A model generated the notes under the pieces. That model made no database searches. It saw nothing but the letters and a program-made list of their open reading frames with translations, and was not told where the DNA came from. Positions 57,776-60,481 of a DNA stretch of 60,481 nt are shown piece by piece. The DNA is from an uncultured Fibrobacter sp. (GTDB lineage Bacteria > Fibrobacterota > Fibrobacteria > Fibrobacterales > Fibrobacteraceae). The translations under genes were made by a program, and so were the position numbers. The stretch is from positions 1 to 60,481 of the forward strand of contig NZ_CALEFV010000051.1 in the NCBI RefSeq assembly GCF_937877005.1, given 5' to 3'. How positions within the stretch are numbered: position 1 is the first letter of the stretch; the number at the start of each line of letters is the position of its first letter.

Positions 57776-59188
57776 ATGCAAAAACTGAACGAAATATGTT
57801 CCTGCGAATCCAAGGCTAATTCGGAGACCGAGTTTGTCGGCATTCGTTGCGAAAAATCAAAGGAAGGTGGTGTGCTAGAAACAAGTATCATCTTTCCTTT
57901 GGGATATTTCAAAGATGATTTGACTTTGCGCGAACTTCCCGAAGAAGAATTGCGGGAATGTGTCGTCAATCTTTTTACGGTGCTTTCCGATCGTTCGTTG
58001 CAGGAACAGATTCATCAGGATTCCTCTATTTCCACATTCGCAGAGGAACATGGCGAATCTGAATTCCCGATGGTTTCGTACTTGAATGTTATCCGAAATT
58101 TTCTCAATTTCGGTTACCTTGATGAAAAGGAAATTCTGTACAAAAAGGGCGCGAACGGGAAAATCAGTTGGGGCCGGACAATCAAGGCCGTGCAGCCTGT
58201 CATTACCGAAGATGCACAGAATCTTGTGTACCTAGACTTTATCGCCCGTAAAGTCAGTTATAACGAAGATACGCTCATTACGCAGGTCCACAAGTTCTGC
58301 GTTCATGACGCTCTTGTGAAACTCGGATTTTTATTCGGCATAGAACCGTCCGAAGAGCCGCATTTGGATTTTGATTATGACCTGTTCTGTAACGCAATCC
58401 ATTCCAAACTAGCAAAGACATTTAACGACCGTGATTTACGCCTGCTTGCTGATTTGGCACGAATTGTGGAATATCTTGCCGGGCATAAAACCGAAGACGG
58501 AAAAACGGCAGACGATTTTTATTTCGGAGTAAACAAGTTCGCCCCCGTGTGGGAAGCGATGGTGGATAAGATTTTCGGGAAGTTGCCGCAGGGAGTTGCC
58601 AAGGATAAATTTAATCCGCATTTACGGTGGAATGACGGATGCCGCGATGAAAAACTTGATGAATCTGAAGAAGAAATAGTCTTGAATGACCCGAAACGTT
58701 CCACACTCCGACCAGATACGATAATGGTTATGGGGGAGGGAGTGTATATCCTTGATTCCAAGTACTACAAATATGGCTTGACCGGATTCAATTCACATTT
58801 GCCGGGGGCCGAATCCGTGTGTAAGCAGATGGCTTATGCAGAATATGTGGAAACGCACTGGAAAGAAATTTTAGAAGAGAATGGAGATCCTTCGACTCCG
58901 TTACACTTCGCTCAGGATGACACCTCGCCAAAGCGTATTTATAATGTCTTCATTATGCCGTACTGTGCGGATGCTGGGAAATGGAATGAGATTGCCACGG
59001 CTTCGCCTCGCAATGACGTTTATGCAATGAAACGCGTCGGCTATATCTACGGCGACTGGAAAAACGTGAAGGACGAAAACCGACCTTACCACAAAATCGC
59101 CTGCATCCTCCTCGACACAAAATCCGTCATGCAGAATTATGCAAACAATCCCGCTGCACAAAGTGAACTGGCAGGGTTAATTAAATAA
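57776..59188 (+). CDS. LlaJI-family (McrC-like) restriction endonuclease subunit
   Basis: FVGI, GKISWGRTIK, F..VWEAMVD, LRPDTIM...ILDSKYY, S..KQMAYAEY. Confidence 0.9.
   Translation: MQKLNEICSCESKANSETEFVGIRCEKSKEGGVLETSIIFPLGYFKDDLTLRELPEEELRECVVNLFTVLSDRSLQEQIHQDSSISTFAEEHGESEFPMVSYLNVIRNFLNFGYLDEKEILYKKGANGKISWGRTIKAVQPVITEDAQNLVYLDFIARKVSYNEDTLITQVHKFCVHDALVKLGFLFGIEPSEEPHLDFDYDLFCNAIHSKLAKTFNDRDLRLLADLARIVEYLAGHKTEDGKTADDFYFGVNKFAPVWEAMVDKIFGKLPQGVAKDKFNPHLRWNDGCRDEKLDESEEEIVLNDPKRSTLRPDTIMVMGEGVYILDSKYYKYGLTGFNSHLPGAESVCKQMAYAEYVETHWKEILEENGDPSTPLHFAQDDTSPKRIYNVFIMPYCADAGKWNEIATASPRNDVYAMKRVGYIYGDWKNVKDENRPYHKIACILLDTKSVMQNYANNPAAQSELAGLIK
58884..58921 (+). repeat. REP-like element inside the endonuclease CDS
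   Basis: gagatccttcgactccgttacacttcgctcaggatgac, read as GDPSTPLHFAQDD. Confidence 0.7.
58988..59017 (+). repeat. Second REP-like element inside the endonuclease CDS
   Basis: gagattgccacggcttcgcctcgcaatgac, read as EIATASPRND; ends match the reverse complement of the 54726-54758 element. Confidence 0.7.
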
Positions 59189-59451
59189 AAAACGCCTCCA
59201 TTAAATTCTATGGGGCGAAAAAATGAGCCAATTCATGTCAACATATCAACAAAAGTTATTTCGTTGTTCGACAACCTAGGAATGGACGGCCCTTACAACG
59301 CCTTCGCCAAACGGCTTCTGGAAAACAGGGCCGTTCCTTGATGGAGATTTTCCATTCCGTCGGGTTCAGTGCTTGGAAATACCCGCGGGGACATTGCCGT
59401 GTTCGTTTTATTATAATTTCACGATAGAGAATTTTAAGAGGAGAAAAGAAA

Positions 59452-60231
59452 GTGAACTTCAAGTGGATATTCATTATCGGTGTTCTTGCTGCGGTCCTGT
59501 GTGCGGCAGAATGCGAAGTTGAGCATCATCAGGGCGAATCCAGTGTCGATCCCTATATGGGATATCCGGCGACCTCTCTTTACCTTTTCGAGGACAGCTA
59601 CTTGGATCTCTCCAAGATGAACCAGAGGGAGCCTGCCGTTAAAAATGCCTCGGCGTCCGATACGGTGTGGGTGTACAGGTCTGAACTAGATTCCACCATG
59701 ATTGTGATCGTGACCGAGAAGGTGGTCAAGGTGGCTCGGGTCGCCTATTCCAAAGACGAGTCGGCCGTTGTGGACACGCTGTTTGCCGTACATCACGATG
59801 ACGTGTATAGGGACGAGTTTCCACGACTCCAGAAGGCGGGTGCTTTCAGGGGAACGGCGGAGCAGGCGGATTCCCTCGTGAACCATGTGTTTGAATTGTG
59901 TCAGCGGTATTATTCCAAGGAATGGGGTTACGCCGGTTGCGAGTTTAACCCTCCTGAAATGAGGCGGGAAAACGGGGGAATGGATGTCGACGGGATTGAT
60001 GTCCCGCTTGCACTCGCTGCTGTTGCGGGGGAGTTTACCTGGCTTCTCGATACGCTGAACACCTGTCCGGAACTCAAGTTTCCGGCTCCCGAGGTGTCGC
60101 CCGATGGCTTGAGGCGTCTTAGGGGCCGCGATGGCTTTCTGCCACGAGTGCCGTCTAGGGTGTATGACCTCAATGGGCGCCAGTCGGACTGTGTCGATCG
60201 CAAGAATCGGCGGGGTCTTATTTTCCGATAA
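59452..60231 (+). CDS. Secreted hypothetical protein
   Basis: GAGGAG RBS, GTG start, signal peptide, basic tail VYDLNGR...RRGLIFR. Confidence 0.8.
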   Translation: MNFKWIFIIGVLAAVLCAAECEVEHHQGESSVDPYMGYPATSLYLFEDSYLDLSKMNQREPAVKNASASDTVWVYRSELDSTMIVIVTEKVVKVARVAYSKDESAVVDTLFAVHHDDVYRDEFPRLQKAGAFRGTAEQADSLVNHVFELCQRYYSKEWGYAGCEFNPPEMRRENGGMDVDGIDVPLALAAVAGEFTWLLDTLNTCPELKFPAPEVSPDGLRRLRGRDGFLPRVPSRVYDLNGRQSDCVDRKNRRGLIFR

Positions 60232-60236
60232 ACCTC

Positions 60237-60265
60237 AGGGGGCGCCCGTGATTGGGCGCCCCCCT
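60237..60265. terminator. GC-rich hairpin between convergent genes
   Basis: agggggcgccc-gtgatt-gggcgcccccct. Confidence 0.7.
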
Positions 60266-60374
60266 TGGTTTGGTTATGGGATTTTGTGGTGCAGTTTATT
60301 TGTTTATTGTAGTGGAAGATCCCCCTTTTTTGATTTTGGGATAGGTCATATGGGATTGGTTTGGTGTGGAAAAA

Positions 60375-60481
60375 CTATTTGATGAAAATGGATTCGCTCA
60401 TTGATCCAATGCGGAGCATGTAGCGTCCTGCCTGCGGAACGGTAAGGTTCAGTTGACCATTTGCGGAACCCGTGGCGATTG
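60375..60481 (-). CDS. C-terminal end of a secreted protein (T9SS-like/basic terminal domain), gene continues beyond the window
   Basis: Manual translation ...IATGSANGQLNLTVPQAGRYMLRIGSMSESIFIK-stop. Confidence 0.65.
   Translation of the reverse strand, partial: IATGSANGQLNLTVPQAGRYMLRIGSMSESIFIK

Noticed and set aside
59256..59450. Possible riboswitch before the secreted hypothetical gene
   Set aside because: A stem is present (ggacggcc/ggccgttcc) but I could not match any known riboswitch consensus
1..60481. tRNA, rRNA, transposase or prophage genes
   Set aside because: None recognised anywhere in the window

Overview
Bacterial chromosomal window, very probably Fibrobacter (two TIGR02147-type paralogues, Ser-rich SSS linkers, basic C-terminal secretion tails). 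Left part (1-12.2 kb) is mostly housekeeping: truncated RNase R-like gene, plsC, pyrC, MlaFE-like ABC pair, engB, recR, EAL/HDOD protein, hisG, hisE, a TrmB-like methyltransferase, and a TIGR02147 + lipoprotein pair. Next come recC-recB-recD with an AT-richer interior, a double-AAA ATPase and an expansin-like lipoprotein. A 25-kb pectin/rhamnogalacturonan-I cluster follows (GH43 x3, PL1 x2, PL9, PL11, CE12 x3, GH53) with a second TIGR02147 + LamG-lipoprotein pair at its centre. The right end is a defence islet (YhcG/DUF1016, ORF6N, structured non-coding region, C5-MTase + McrB-like + LlaJI/McrC-like). Best candidate for an undescribed system: a TRTAGTAMA-N3-TRTAGTAMA direct repeat at four promoter regions of the pectin cluster, together with the recurring TIGR02147 DNA-binding protein + glycan-binding lipoprotein gene pair. 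All family calls are by motif recognition; no database searches were run.
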